From a virus (Duplodnaviria; Caudoviricetes), in the IMG/VR virus record IMGVR_UViG_3300033480_000004, positions 1 to 46,825 of that record: DNA of 46,825 bases; one strand, written 5' to 3'. The notes below the pieces were generated by a model. The model did not search any database and had not been told where the DNA came from. It was given only the letters and a program-made list of their open reading frames with translations. The translations under genes were made by a program, and so were the position numbers. Shown here one piece after another: positions 24,924 through 34,500 of this stretch (the stretch's first letter is position 1; each line of letters begins with the position of its first letter).

Positions 24924-25406
24924 ATGAGTGTAAAACGATATGGCGCAACCAAAGTAGTGACCGCCACCCCAACGATTACCGCCGGGGCGTATAGTCTTGG
25001 CGATGCAGTAGGTGGCAAGTTGACATTTACCGGCCTGTTTAATGCGGCTTATTGTGGCGGCGTGTTGACGAATGTCACTATTTCCGATAAATCGCAACAA
25101 ATGGTGGCGCTTAATCTTTGGCTGTTTAATCAGGATTTTACCGCCACTGCTGACAACGCGCTTTTTGATCCTAGTGACGCCGATTTGCTCAATTGTATCG
25201 GCGTGGTGAAGGTTGCCGTCGCTGATTATACAGACGCCGTTGATAACAGTATTGCGGACGTAAGTTTCACCCGTGTGATTCACGCCTACGGAACTGGCGG
25301 CGCGATTTACGGCCAATTGCAAGTGCCTAAAGGCGGCGCAGCGCCAACGTATGTTTCCACCGGCGACTTGCAAGTGCGTCTAGCGGTACTCCTAGACCAA
25401 TGGTAG
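24924..25406 (+). CDS. Virion structural protein
   Basis: Coupled ORF; AYSLGDAVGG..LWLFN. Confidence 0.6.
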   Translation: MSVKRYGATKVVTATPTITAGAYSLGDAVGGKLTFTGLFNAAYCGGVLTNVTISDKSQQMVALNLWLFNQDFTATADNALFDPSDADLLNCIGVVKVAVADYTDAVDNSIADVSFTRVIHAYGTGGAIYGQLQVPKGGAAPTYVSTGDLQVRLAVLLDQW

Positions 25407-25410
25407 GTGA

Positions 25411-25881
25411 ATGATGGCATTAACCCGCGCTAATGTGGAAGCTATTCTCATCAAACGAGTAGGCGCGCTCATGACTGCCGTAGGCTTGGACGGTACGACG
25501 GTTGCAGGTACAAACGCCGACCTAAATGATCCAATCGGTTATGCAATTCGTATGGTAGGTGGAACAACGGCTGCTCCGGCCTTGATTACCGACGCTGATG
25601 TAACGACGGTTGCTACTGCTGATTATGATGAGTTTCTCGATATTGCTGAATTGCGCGCTCTTGAAAATACACTAGGCAATCTGGCGTATGTGGATATTAA
25701 AGTTGGGAATCGAGACGAAAAGCTCGGCCAACTTTCGGCGCGGTTGGAAAAGATGATTGCCGGGAAAACCGAACGGCTGCAATTGCTTTACGGGTATAGC
25801 CAAGCCACCTTAGAAGCCGGAACGGTTACTTTGAACTTTGCCGAACACGACGAAGATACTGTGGATGAATTAGGCTGGTAA
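25411..25881 (+). CDS. Head-tail adaptor (putative)
   Basis: Position and size; helical character. Confidence 0.5.
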   Translation: MMALTRANVEAILIKRVGALMTAVGLDGTTVAGTNADLNDPIGYAIRMVGGTTAAPALITDADVTTVATADYDEFLDIAELRALENTLGNLAYVDIKVGNRDEKLGQLSARLEKMIAGKTERLQLLYGYSQATLEAGTVTLNFAEHDEDTVDELGW

Positions 25882-25882
25882 T

Positions 25883-26272
25883 ATGGCCGACGCCAGTTTC
25901 ACCCGATTAGCGACAAGTGTAATCAGCACCTTACGGTCTCCGGCGTTAGCAGGGGGGAAAATAGGGGCGCGGGTTACTCATCTGCAAAGTGTGAAGGTAT
26001 TGCCGATTATGCCCAGTTTAGGCAAAGGCGACGAAGCGGTGACTATGCGCGCCGGGATAGACGGCCAATTTATTGAACGTTGGGAAACCTTTACCCAAAA
26101 TCATACCCACATTGATAGCGGGGCAACCGTGACCCAAATCCCCGATATTAAAAACGGGGATTGGATTGTAGATGGCAGCACAACCTACCTGGTTAAATAT
26201 GTGGGGAATTGGCCGACGACCAACGTCCTGAATAGCTTCCTGCATATTGTCCTGGAAGAAAATAAATCATGA
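25883..26272 (+). CDS. Head closure/stopper (putative)
   Basis: PDIKNGDWIVDGSTTYLVKYV pattern; synteny. Confidence 0.55.
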   Translation: MADASFTRLATSVISTLRSPALAGGKIGARVTHLQSVKVLPIMPSLGKGDEAVTMRAGIDGQFIERWETFTQNHTHIDSGATVTQIPDIKNGDWIVDGSTTYLVKYVGNWPTTNVLNSFLHIVLEENKS

Positions 26273-26709
26273 CGACCTTTATCACCCGTGAAACTGTCCG
26301 CGATGCCTTTGTAACGCTATTCACCACTTCCGCCAAATGGCAATTGGTATTTGGGTACATGCCTAGCGAAAGTGAAGTGGCCGGGCAATCTCCGTTTCTG
26401 GTTATCCGGTCTGGCGGTACGTTGCAAAGCATGAATACCTACAACGCGAACCCTACCACTTATCGGATTACCTTCCGTAACTTTGTACTCTGTGAGGATG
26501 AACAAACCGAAGCTCAGGCGGAAGATAAACTCGACGAATTGGATACCACCTTCCGGCAGATTATCCGGGATAACTGCGGTAGTATCGCCGGGGCAAATTA
26601 CATCCGATTTGAGGATGCGCCTAGCACAACGGGGTATGCTTTTGTAGGCAAGTGGTATCGGACAGAAGATTGGACGGTGTTGGCGCATTATGTCACCGGG
26701 GGTGTTTAA
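26269..26709 (+). CDS. Tail terminator (putative)
   Basis: Synteny; AEDKLDELD helix. Confidence 0.5.
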   Translation: MTTFITRETVRDAFVTLFTTSAKWQLVFGYMPSESEVAGQSPFLVIRSGGTLQSMNTYNANPTTYRITFRNFVLCEDEQTEAQAEDKLDELDTTFRQIIRDNCGSIAGANYIRFEDAPSTTGYAFVGKWYRTEDWTVLAHYVTGGV

Positions 26710-27233
26710 TGCCCGCGCCCCGCACGCCCTACTCTACCGGAACAGGGACAACCATCTATGTCGAGGGAATGTCCGATTTAATCCGCAAGTTGCGTAGTTT
26801 TAACCCGATTGCCAAACGCGCCTCAAAGGGGAAGATGGAAAAGTGGGGCGCGGTAAAAGCGGAAGAAGTGAAAGAGCGTATTCGCAACGCGCCGCGTGTG
26901 GATACCGGCGAATTATGGCAAGGTATCCATTACAAAGTGACGCAGACAATGGACGGGTATCAGGTAGTGGTATCCCCATCCGAAAAGGCCAGCCGGTACG
27001 CCGTATTTGTGGAAAAGGACACGCGCCCTCACTGGCCGCCCCGCGCTGCGCTAGAACCCTGGGCGGAGCGGCATGGTATTCCGGTATTCCTGGTACAGCG
27101 TTCTATCGCTCGGAAGGGGACAAAGGGGATACACATGTTCGAGGAAGAACTGAAACAGGCTATCCCAGAAGCGCGGGATTTGGCGAATGCCATCGGGAAA
27201 GAGATTGTCATCCAAATGAAATGGGGAAGGTAA
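26709..27233 (+). CDS. HK97 gp10-like neck/tail completion protein
   Basis: APRVDTGELWQGI..YAVFVEKDTRPHWPP..GTKG. Confidence 0.8.
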   Translation: MPAPRTPYSTGTGTTIYVEGMSDLIRKLRSFNPIAKRASKGKMEKWGAVKAEEVKERIRNAPRVDTGELWQGIHYKVTQTMDGYQVVVSPSEKASRYAVFVEKDTRPHWPPRAALEPWAERHGIPVFLVQRSIARKGTKGIHMFEEELKQAIPEARDLANAIGKEIVIQMKWGR

Positions 27234-27235
27234 CT

Positions 27236-27574
27236 ATGAGTGTAATCTTACGATACACCGGGGACGGGCGTTCTTATATTGTAGGTGTCCCGGCGCGTGA
27301 TTTAACCGAAGCGGATATTGCCCGACTGATTTTGGAGTTTGGTATCACCGAAGATATTCTATTCGATCAACTGACGGCGCGGGGATTGTATCAACAAATA
27401 GCCGGAGCGCCACGCGCTCCTGAAGCAACTACTAAACCGCGTGGCAAAAACAAATCTAAAATCGAAGTGAAAGATACGGAGGAAGAAAATAATGGCATAC
27501 GGTCTGAAGGCATTTCGGAAACTACAGATATCGAACGTAGAGGGGACGCCGGGGACTGCCGAAGCTGCGGTTGA
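27236..27574 (+). CDS. Hypothetical protein (start reassigned to MSVILRY)
   Basis: YTGDG..GVPARDLT; 3' end overlaps the tail tube start. Confidence 0.6.
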   Translation: MSVILRYTGDGRSYIVGVPARDLTEADIARLILEFGITEDILFDQLTARGLYQQIAGAPRAPEATTKPRGKNKSKIEVKDTEEENNGIRSEGISETTDIERRGDAGDCRSCG

Positions 27575-28529
27575 GGTTCTCTACGGCACGGCGTCCATTC
27601 CCTATGGGGATCGGAAAATCCATTACCCGGAACAGGAGCGCGGTTTGCTTTCCCGGAATATGGCCGACGATTTTGTAGTGGGCAAGGAAGTGGAGGGGTC
27701 AATCGAAATGGCGCTGAATAGCCGCCATGCCGTTTGGCTGTTTTGTAATGCGATTGCTGGTAATGTAACGGCGACTCGTCCTAACTCGGTGTTACAGCCG
27801 CTTGCTTACTACTGGTTGATTCAGCCTAGTTTAACCGCCGCCAATACCCCCGATATTGCCGCCGGGATTGACACGTTTACTTTGGAGTTTGGCGATAATA
27901 CCCAGGCGTATGAAACCGAATACGTATTTACCCGTCGCCTGGAAATTACCGGCGCTCCTAATGAGCCGGTGATGGTCAACTGGGAATGGACAGGACGGCA
28001 AATCACCGAAACGACATTCACTACGTTAGTGGCGCTGCCCGTCCAGTATTATACGTCCAATACCTGCAAATTCTATATTGACGCGGCCTGGGCAACCATC
28101 GGGAATACCGAAAAGTCCTGCGCGATTCAAGGTTGGACATGGACGCTCGAAACGCAATTCACCCCACGTTACGGAGCAAACGGGCAATTGTATTTTTGCG
28201 GCCTGAATGAGGATCGCAAGAATGCCGAATTGAAACTTATCTTCTATCGGGATAGTACCATCAGCGAAGGCGAAAAAGATAAGTATCTTGCCAATTCGAC
28301 AACCTACATCCGCCTGCACATGTTAGGCACAACCGAAATTGACGCCGGTCAAGCCAACGTGCCGTATGTCATGATTGACGGGTCATACCGTTATACGGAA
28401 TGGCCTGAACCGGATGATTCCGATGGCACGGTGACAGAAGAAGTGACACTGCAAAGCGTCTATGATAGCACCGGAGCAAGCGAGTACATTGTCCGCGTCT
28501 ACAACGATATGAATGTGTACCCATCCTAA
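27492..28529 (+). CDS. Major tail (tube) protein
   Basis: GGAGG RBS; EGTPGT N-terminal motif; TFTLEFGD; precedes chaperones and tape measure. Confidence 0.8.
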   Translation: MAYGLKAFRKLQISNVEGTPGTAEAAVEVLYGTASIPYGDRKIHYPEQERGLLSRNMADDFVVGKEVEGSIEMALNSRHAVWLFCNAIAGNVTATRPNSVLQPLAYYWLIQPSLTAANTPDIAAGIDTFTLEFGDNTQAYETEYVFTRRLEITGAPNEPVMVNWEWTGRQITETTFTTLVALPVQYYTSNTCKFYIDAAWATIGNTEKSCAIQGWTWTLETQFTPRYGANGQLYFCGLNEDRKNAELKLIFYRDSTISEGEKDKYLANSTTYIRLHMLGTTEIDAGQANVPYVMIDGSYRYTEWPEPDDSDGTVTEEVTLQSVYDSTGASEYIVRVYNDMNVYPS

Positions 28530-28538
28530 GAGGAACTC

Positions 28539-28934
28539 ATGAGCCGATTTGATATACGAACAGTGGTGATTCATGCGCCCTGGTGGGAAGAAAATGAAAC
28601 CGTGACACTGCGCGAGTTATCCTACGCGGAACAACGGGCAATCCATAAGCGCATTTTTGCCGGGCAGAAAATCGCCACCAACAAACATGGCGAAATGTCA
28701 ATGGATTCTTCGGCCAGTTCCCGAATGCAAGAGGAAATTCTGCGCGCTCATTTGGCGTCCTGGACGTTTACCGATAACACCGGCGCGGCTGTGCCGGTAA
28801 CACCGGAGAATATTGGCCGGTTGCCAGCGCGGGACGCAGATTATATCTTAGAGGAAATTGACCGGCTTACTCCAAGCCGGGACGACCAATTTCCGGGCGG
28901 AAGTGGAGACGGTAGCGCGAATGGGGAAGGGTAA
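28539..28934 (+). CDS. Tail assembly chaperone (G-like)
   Basis: VTLRELS..SWTFTD..VPVTPENIGRL; synteny. Confidence 0.75.
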   Translation: MSRFDIRTVVIHAPWWEENETVTLRELSYAEQRAIHKRIFAGQKIATNKHGEMSMDSSASSRMQEEILRAHLASWTFTDNTGAAVPVTPENIGRLPARDADYILEEIDRLTPSRDDQFPGGSGDGSANGEG

Positions 28935-29088
28935 GTTCCCGGAAGAACTTACCCCGGCGATGATTTGTTTGCGGACGGGTTGGACATTGGATGAATTGGA
29001 TGCTCAACCCGATTGGTTTGTGCAGGATATTGTGATTTGTATGAACGCGGAAACGATTGCCGCCCAAAGCCAAAGTAAGGGCAAATAA
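28891..29088 (+). CDS. Tail assembly chaperone T-like extension, probably reached by +1 frameshift
   Basis: GWTLDELDAQP motif; overlaps the G-like ORF in the +1 frame. Confidence 0.65.
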   Translation, partial: FRAEVETVARMGKGKFPEELTPAMICLRTGWTLDELDAQPDWFVQDIVICMNAETIAAQSQSKGK

Positions 29089-31496
29089 TGGCTCTCGACC
29101 AAGTGTTGCGAATTGTCATGAAATATAGCGATCAAGCCAGCGCCGGTATGCGCGGGACAGAAAGTGCTGCCGCCTCAATGGGGCAGCGCCTTTCGAGTCT
29201 AGGGCGCGGCTTGACACTTGGACTGACGTTGCCATTGCTTGGGATAGCTGCTGTAGGGGTCAAAAGTTTCGCCGATTTAGAACAACAGATGCGCAATATC
29301 CAATCGGTAGGGAAACAAACCGATGCCGAGATGTACGCATTGATGAATACCTTTCAAGAAATGTCGATGAATGTTGACATTACAACTGAGAGTGATATTA
29401 ACCTTGCCAAAGCATTCTACGATATTCAAGGCGCTGGCTTTTTTGCCGCCGACGCTATGGACGTGTTGACCGCCTCGACACAACTTGCAACTGCCGGTAT
29501 GACCGATACTTACACCGCAATGGACGCGGTAACAACCATCCTGAATAGCTATCAAATGGCCGCTAGTGAATCGACGGCGGTAAGCGATATTCTATTTACG
29601 ATGGTTGACCGGGGTAAGGGGAGTTTGGCTGAATTTGCCGGGTCGTTATCTAATGTTATTCCTACCGCCGCCGCCGTAGGCATTCCATTGGAACAAATAG
29701 CAGCAGCAATGGCAACATTAACCCGCAATGGCGCGGATGCCGCAACTGCCAGCACGAATTTAAATGCAGTTATTTCGCAAATGTTATCTCCATCAACGCA
29801 ACTAAGTGCCCTGATGCAACGTGCTGGTTATGATAGTGGTATGGCGATGATTCAATCATTAGGGTTAGCGGGGGCATTGGAGGCGGTTGCTAATGCCGCT
29901 GGCAATGATGCGGAGACGCTTAATCAGGCTTTCGGAGAAATACGCGCCTTTCGAGGCATTGTAAGTTTGACCGGTGGGAATACCCAAGCATTAACTGCTG
30001 ACCTTGAGGCGATGAGTAATGCAGCCGGAAGAACCGCCGAAGCCTACGCAATTCAAACAAAAAGCCTGGCGGAACAATTAAAAAGTCTACGGAATAACGT
30101 CCAGGTCGCTTTACAGCGAATCGGGCAGGATTTAGCGCCGACAGTGGGGGCTATCGCCGGAGGGCTAAAGTTTCTGGTTAATGCTTTCACACAACTTCCC
30201 GCCCCGGTGCGCCAAGTGATCGTCGCCGTTGCCGCATTGTTGGCTTTGTTGGGACCGGTGCTTATGATTGTAGGCGCGATGGCAAGCGGTTGGGGCGCGT
30301 TAGTAGCCATTGGCGGCATGTTGGCCGGAGTATTCAGCACCTTAGCCGGGATATTGCCGGTAGTGGCCGCCGGGATTGCCGCCGTCGGTTGGCCGGTGCT
30401 GTTGGTAGTGGCCGCCATTGCCGCATTGGTGGCGGCGGGGTATTTACTCATCAAAAACTGGGATGCGGTGAAAGCGGCAGCGACGGCCTTCGCCGAACGG
30501 ATGCAACGCGGATTTGAGCGGATTGGCGAGTTTATCAAAGGGTTTATCGCTAAGATAGGTGGTATCCCTAGTTCGCTAGAAAAGATGTTCAACAGCATTC
30601 CCGGCTTTATGGTGAAAATCGCCATTGCTATTGCTAAGGGGTTATGGGAAGGGATCAAGAAGGGGTTCGGTTGGATTGCCGATGGCGTTAAGTCCCTAGT
30701 CAACAGGATTAAAAGCGCGTTGGGAATTGGGTCGCCAGCAACTACAATGATACCTATCGGCGTGGCAATGGCGCAGGGTATTGGGGTCGGGTTTAATAAC
30801 ACTGTCCCTAAAATGCTTGGTGGGGCAATGGGGGGACTTGGGAAGGCAATCCTAGCCACAAGATATAAGGGTTTTATCGTACAGGCTTTTCAAGAGTTAC
30901 TTAGCCCTACTGATTTCCCCCGCGTTGGGAAGGGATGGGAGAATCAGGTTAAGGATTTAATGAAGGTTTTAACTGGGGAAATGTCTCCTCAGCAATTGAT
31001 CGATCAGTTTTCCGCAGCTAACCCAAATCTAAGAAACAAGAATCGATTTATTGCTCAATTAAAAGCAATGGCTGATGGGTTATTGCGCATGAAAGGGTTA
31101 TTCTCCAAAGCTGGTATTGAATTAAGCGATGCGCTTATTCAGAGTATCTTCTCAAATCTTGGCATCGCGTCCCCATCTAAAGTGATGGCTTCCGTTGGCA
31201 AAAACATGGCTTTGGGTCTGTCCTCCGGGTTTTCGTCTAGTTTAGGGGCGGCAATCCCCGCCTTACAACGGGGAATGAACAGTTTGGGCACAGTATCGCC
31301 ACTACGAGTAAACGCTATGAGCGGGGGAATGGCCTTAAGCGCGGCGGGCGCTGGCGGCGGCAATACGGCCATTACTATTCAAAATCTAAATGTGCCGCCG
31401 GGAACAACGCGGGAACAAGTGGACGCGATTATGGCGGAACTGGGCAAGCGGGTGCGCGCTAGAGGCGCAAATTATCACATTGCCAATAGGAACTAA
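29088..31496 (+). CDS. Tape measure protein (TP901-like)
   Basis: Ala/Gly-rich helical; LTLGLTLPL; IPLEQIAAAMATLT; LGIxSP repeats. Confidence 0.92.
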   Translation: MALDQVLRIVMKYSDQASAGMRGTESAAASMGQRLSSLGRGLTLGLTLPLLGIAAVGVKSFADLEQQMRNIQSVGKQTDAEMYALMNTFQEMSMNVDITTESDINLAKAFYDIQGAGFFAADAMDVLTASTQLATAGMTDTYTAMDAVTTILNSYQMAASESTAVSDILFTMVDRGKGSLAEFAGSLSNVIPTAAAVGIPLEQIAAAMATLTRNGADAATASTNLNAVISQMLSPSTQLSALMQRAGYDSGMAMIQSLGLAGALEAVANAAGNDAETLNQAFGEIRAFRGIVSLTGGNTQALTADLEAMSNAAGRTAEAYAIQTKSLAEQLKSLRNNVQVALQRIGQDLAPTVGAIAGGLKFLVNAFTQLPAPVRQVIVAVAALLALLGPVLMIVGAMASGWGALVAIGGMLAGVFSTLAGILPVVAAGIAAVGWPVLLVVAAIAALVAAGYLLIKNWDAVKAAATAFAERMQRGFERIGEFIKGFIAKIGGIPSSLEKMFNSIPGFMVKIAIAIAKGLWEGIKKGFGWIADGVKSLVNRIKSALGIGSPATTMIPIGVAMAQGIGVGFNNTVPKMLGGAMGGLGKAILATRYKGFIVQAFQELLSPTDFPRVGKGWENQVKDLMKVLTGEMSPQQLIDQFSAANPNLRNKNRFIAQLKAMADGLLRMKGLFSKAGIELSDALIQSIFSNLGIASPSKVMASVGKNMALGLSSGFSSSLGAAIPALQRGMNSLGTVSPLRVNAMSGGMALSAAGAGGGNTAITIQNLNVPPGTTREQVDAIMAELGKRVRARGANYHIANRN

Positions 31497-31498
31497 TC

Positions 31499-33586
31499 AT
31501 GCCTACTACTAAAGAAGAATTGCTGATTAGTGTCGCCAATTACCGGGTCGTCCGTAAAGTCCCGAAGGATTCAATTTCGATTACCTTAGAGCGGGGTAAC
31601 CGGATTAGTACCGCCAGTTTTACCATCGAAGATGCGGGCGGTCTTACGATTAAACGCTGGTCGCCGGTGTACATCTATTCCGCCACTGCCTCAGTTGGAT
31701 TATTCTTTGGTTTTGTGACCGCTTTCACGCGCCGCAAACGAGGCCGGAAAATTGATGTTGAAATCGAGGCGTCGTCGTCGCAGATACTATTACAAAAATC
31801 GTATGTTAATAATACTTACGTCGGTTTAGACACAGAAATCCTCGATGATATACTGGCCGATGGTATCCCCGATGTAAGTAATTACTTCGACTTTTCCGGC
31901 GCTACGGATGTATTTGATACTGATATTACTCTACCTTCCCCCGATATATCCATATTAGACGCAATGAACGGGTTAGCGGCGAAGACTGGGGCGAATTGGT
32001 CGTTTGATACTGGCGCGCCAATTCGTGAAAACTTGGTCTATAATCCCAGTTTTGAAGCGAATATGAATTATTACGGGTTTATGCCGTCTGCCGGAACGAT
32101 ACTGCAAGGATGGGCGACGGCAGTGGGTTGGGCTGTTGGGGATGTAGTCTGGAATATTGGGTACGGTGAGACTGCCGGGGGCGTTCGGCTTACCAGTCGT
32201 GGAAATAAAGCCTTTATGCGATTAAGCCGCGCCAGTGACGTCGCCACCTTAACTATCCCATACACCAAAGTAGATAACCAGTGGTTGTATTATACTTATC
32301 GTTGCAAAAAGACCAGCGCGGCTAATGTTAGTAGTCAAGTGGAAATAGCTCTTTACGATACTTCTGGGGTATACCAAGTTAATTTTTTCACGTCTGGCTC
32401 GTCATTTACCCTCACGACAGGGAGTTGGGTAACTCGCGGTTATTATCTAGCCATTGATGCTATTAACCTAGACGGGTATCCAGATAGTGGATATTTGGAC
32501 ATCAATATCGGGTTTAATTCTACCGCCGCGTTTACGGTAGATATTGATAATGTATTAACCGAAATATTTGTTGATGAAACCGAACCTAATAACCCGGCAG
32601 TGACGGTAGATCGCGCCTGGTTTTACGGGGATTCTCCAAATTGTGAATGGACAGATACTGCCTACGCCAGCGCCAGTCTGCAATATACCCCTAGTAACCT
32701 AAATTGGGGTGATACTCCACCGGACGCGCCTTTCGATATTGATATTGGAACTTCGGATAGTGTAGAGGATTTTGAGTATTCCACCAACGCCGAAGACGGC
32801 GCGAATACTGTCATTGTGAATGGCGGCACGGAGAACGTTTACACGGAATACACCTATCCAGGCAACGGCGTTTTAACCCATTTCGATTTGGAACAACGGT
32901 ATTATCCGCTAACGGGCGGAACATATCCGACGGTCTATCGAAATACCGGGACAGACCTCGCGCCAAACTGGACAGAACAGGTAGTGGATAATTGGAATAG
33001 CGGGGCATTTGGCGTCACCGAGGTATTGTATAACCCGGAGGAACATTGGCTAGAATGGGACACCGCCCCCGATGACTTAAAACGTTCCTGGAAAGTGGTC
33101 GGTTATTTACGTCGCCGGATTAAAATCATTGTGCAGGACGAACAAACGATAATCGACGATGAAGTAGCTATCGGCGATTCTATTTACGATGATGGGATTA
33201 TCACTGAGGACGATGCCATCGCCGCTGGTGAAGCGGAACTCGATCAACACGCCGCGCCGGAGAGTGTGGCCTTCTCGACCTATCAAAGTGGGCTATTACC
33301 CGGCCAATCTATAACCATCACCGACGCCGAAACCAGCCTTGCAGTGGAAATGATTATTGAGCGTGTCCGGCGGAAATATCTTGGTGGCGGGTATGCGCTC
33401 TTTGAGGTAGAAGCCGGAACATACACGTCCGACGTAGCGGATATGATTGCCGAGACCTACAAAATGGCGCAGAAAAAGACGCCCGAACAAAGCGCCGCCG
33501 CCGCGATTACCGTTCGTATGCTCTGGGATGACGACTCGCTTATTTTGACCGATGATAATACGATGAACCTGTACGACCAGGAATAA
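31499..33586 (+). CDS. Tail tip/hub protein with inserted carbohydrate-binding-like domain
   Basis: Follows the tape measure; NLVYNPSFE marks a CBM-like insert; GLLPGQSITI OB-like C-terminus. Confidence 0.65.
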   Translation: MPTTKEELLISVANYRVVRKVPKDSISITLERGNRISTASFTIEDAGGLTIKRWSPVYIYSATASVGLFFGFVTAFTRRKRGRKIDVEIEASSSQILLQKSYVNNTYVGLDTEILDDILADGIPDVSNYFDFSGATDVFDTDITLPSPDISILDAMNGLAAKTGANWSFDTGAPIRENLVYNPSFEANMNYYGFMPSAGTILQGWATAVGWAVGDVVWNIGYGETAGGVRLTSRGNKAFMRLSRASDVATLTIPYTKVDNQWLYYTYRCKKTSAANVSSQVEIALYDTSGVYQVNFFTSGSSFTLTTGSWVTRGYYLAIDAINLDGYPDSGYLDINIGFNSTAAFTVDIDNVLTEIFVDETEPNNPAVTVDRAWFYGDSPNCEWTDTAYASASLQYTPSNLNWGDTPPDAPFDIDIGTSDSVEDFEYSTNAEDGANTVIVNGGTENVYTEYTYPGNGVLTHFDLEQRYYPLTGGTYPTVYRNTGTDLAPNWTEQVVDNWNSGAFGVTEVLYNPEEHWLEWDTAPDDLKRSWKVVGYLRRRIKIIVQDEQTIIDDEVAIGDSIYDDGIITEDDAIAAGEAELDQHAAPESVAFSTYQSGLLPGQSITITDAETSLAVEMIIERVRRKYLGGGYALFEVEAGTYTSDVADMIAETYKMAQKKTPEQSAAAAITVRMLWDDDSLILTDDNTMNLYDQE

Positions 33587-33588
33587 CT

Positions 33589-34491
33589 ATGCCTAATATC
33601 AATGCCGCGCAAATATCCAGTATTCGTTTGGAAGAACAAACAGTAAACCCGGATTCCCCGGCGGCTGGTTATTATCAAGTATTCTCCAAAAGCGACGGCC
33701 TGTATATCAAGAGTTCGGCGGGGGTAGTCACGGGACCGTTTGCGCCGCGTGAAGGCGGAGTGACCTTTAATGACGCCGGGGCGGATGTTGATTTTCGGGT
33801 AGAATCAGACGCCAATACCCATGCGCTATTCTTGGACGCTTCGGCCAACGCGCTAGGAGTGAATACCAGTGCGCCTACCGCGCAATTGCATATTGGCGCG
33901 GGAACGGCGGCAGCGGGAACAGCGCCAATAAAATTAACGTTAGGGACATTACTCACCGTTCCAGAAGCGGGCGTCATTGAATTTGACGGGACGGGTATCT
34001 ATCATACCGCCGTGAATCATCGCCGGTTTGTTTCTGTGGCCTCTGATTCCATTATCGCTACCGTCACGGCAACTAATCATGTCGCTCCCACTACACTTTG
34101 GACGGGTGTACTAAACGCTAACGAATTGAAGGCGCAACGGGTATATCTTATTACCGCTTGCGGATTATATACTACCCATGATGCGGCTGACCAAGCGACT
34201 ATTATCCTGACCGTTGGCGGAACAACCGTACTGACCATTAATACACCCGCCGGTCTGGTTACAAACATGCCCTGGGATATGGCAATTTGGTTTACCATCC
34301 GTACCGTTGGCGCGGCGGGGACGGTATCTACGTTTGGGCGCATACAAACCGGGACTACTATCGTTCATATGTGTTACGAATCGATTGCTATTGACACGAC
34401 GGTAATCAACAACATGATTTTAACCGCGCAATGGAGTGACGCCTCAAACAGTCTGAAACTTACTCAGTGTTGGATTGCCGAGGCAGATTAG
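33589..34491 (+). CDS. Tail fibre/receptor-binding-like protein 1
   Basis: DVDFRVESD; GVNTSAPTAQLHI fibre-type motif. Confidence 0.6.
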   Translation: MPNINAAQISSIRLEEQTVNPDSPAAGYYQVFSKSDGLYIKSSAGVVTGPFAPREGGVTFNDAGADVDFRVESDANTHALFLDASANALGVNTSAPTAQLHIGAGTAAAGTAPIKLTLGTLLTVPEAGVIEFDGTGIYHTAVNHRRFVSVASDSIIATVTATNHVAPTTLWTGVLNANELKAQRVYLITACGLYTTHDAADQATIILTVGGTTVLTINTPAGLVTNMPWDMAIWFTIRTVGAAGTVSTFGRIQTGTTIVHMCYESIAIDTTVINNMILTAQWSDASNSLKLTQCWIAEAD

Positions 34492-34500
34492 GGATACACT

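Noticed and set aside
26843-27235. Long N-terminal part of track ORF 26843..27574
   Set aside because: Lies inside the HK97 gp10-like gene in another frame; the plausible start is ATG 27236
30053-30859. 268-aa minus-strand ORF and similar antisense ORFs in the track
   Set aside because: Shadow frames of Ala/Gly-rich genes on the opposite strand, without RBS or motifs
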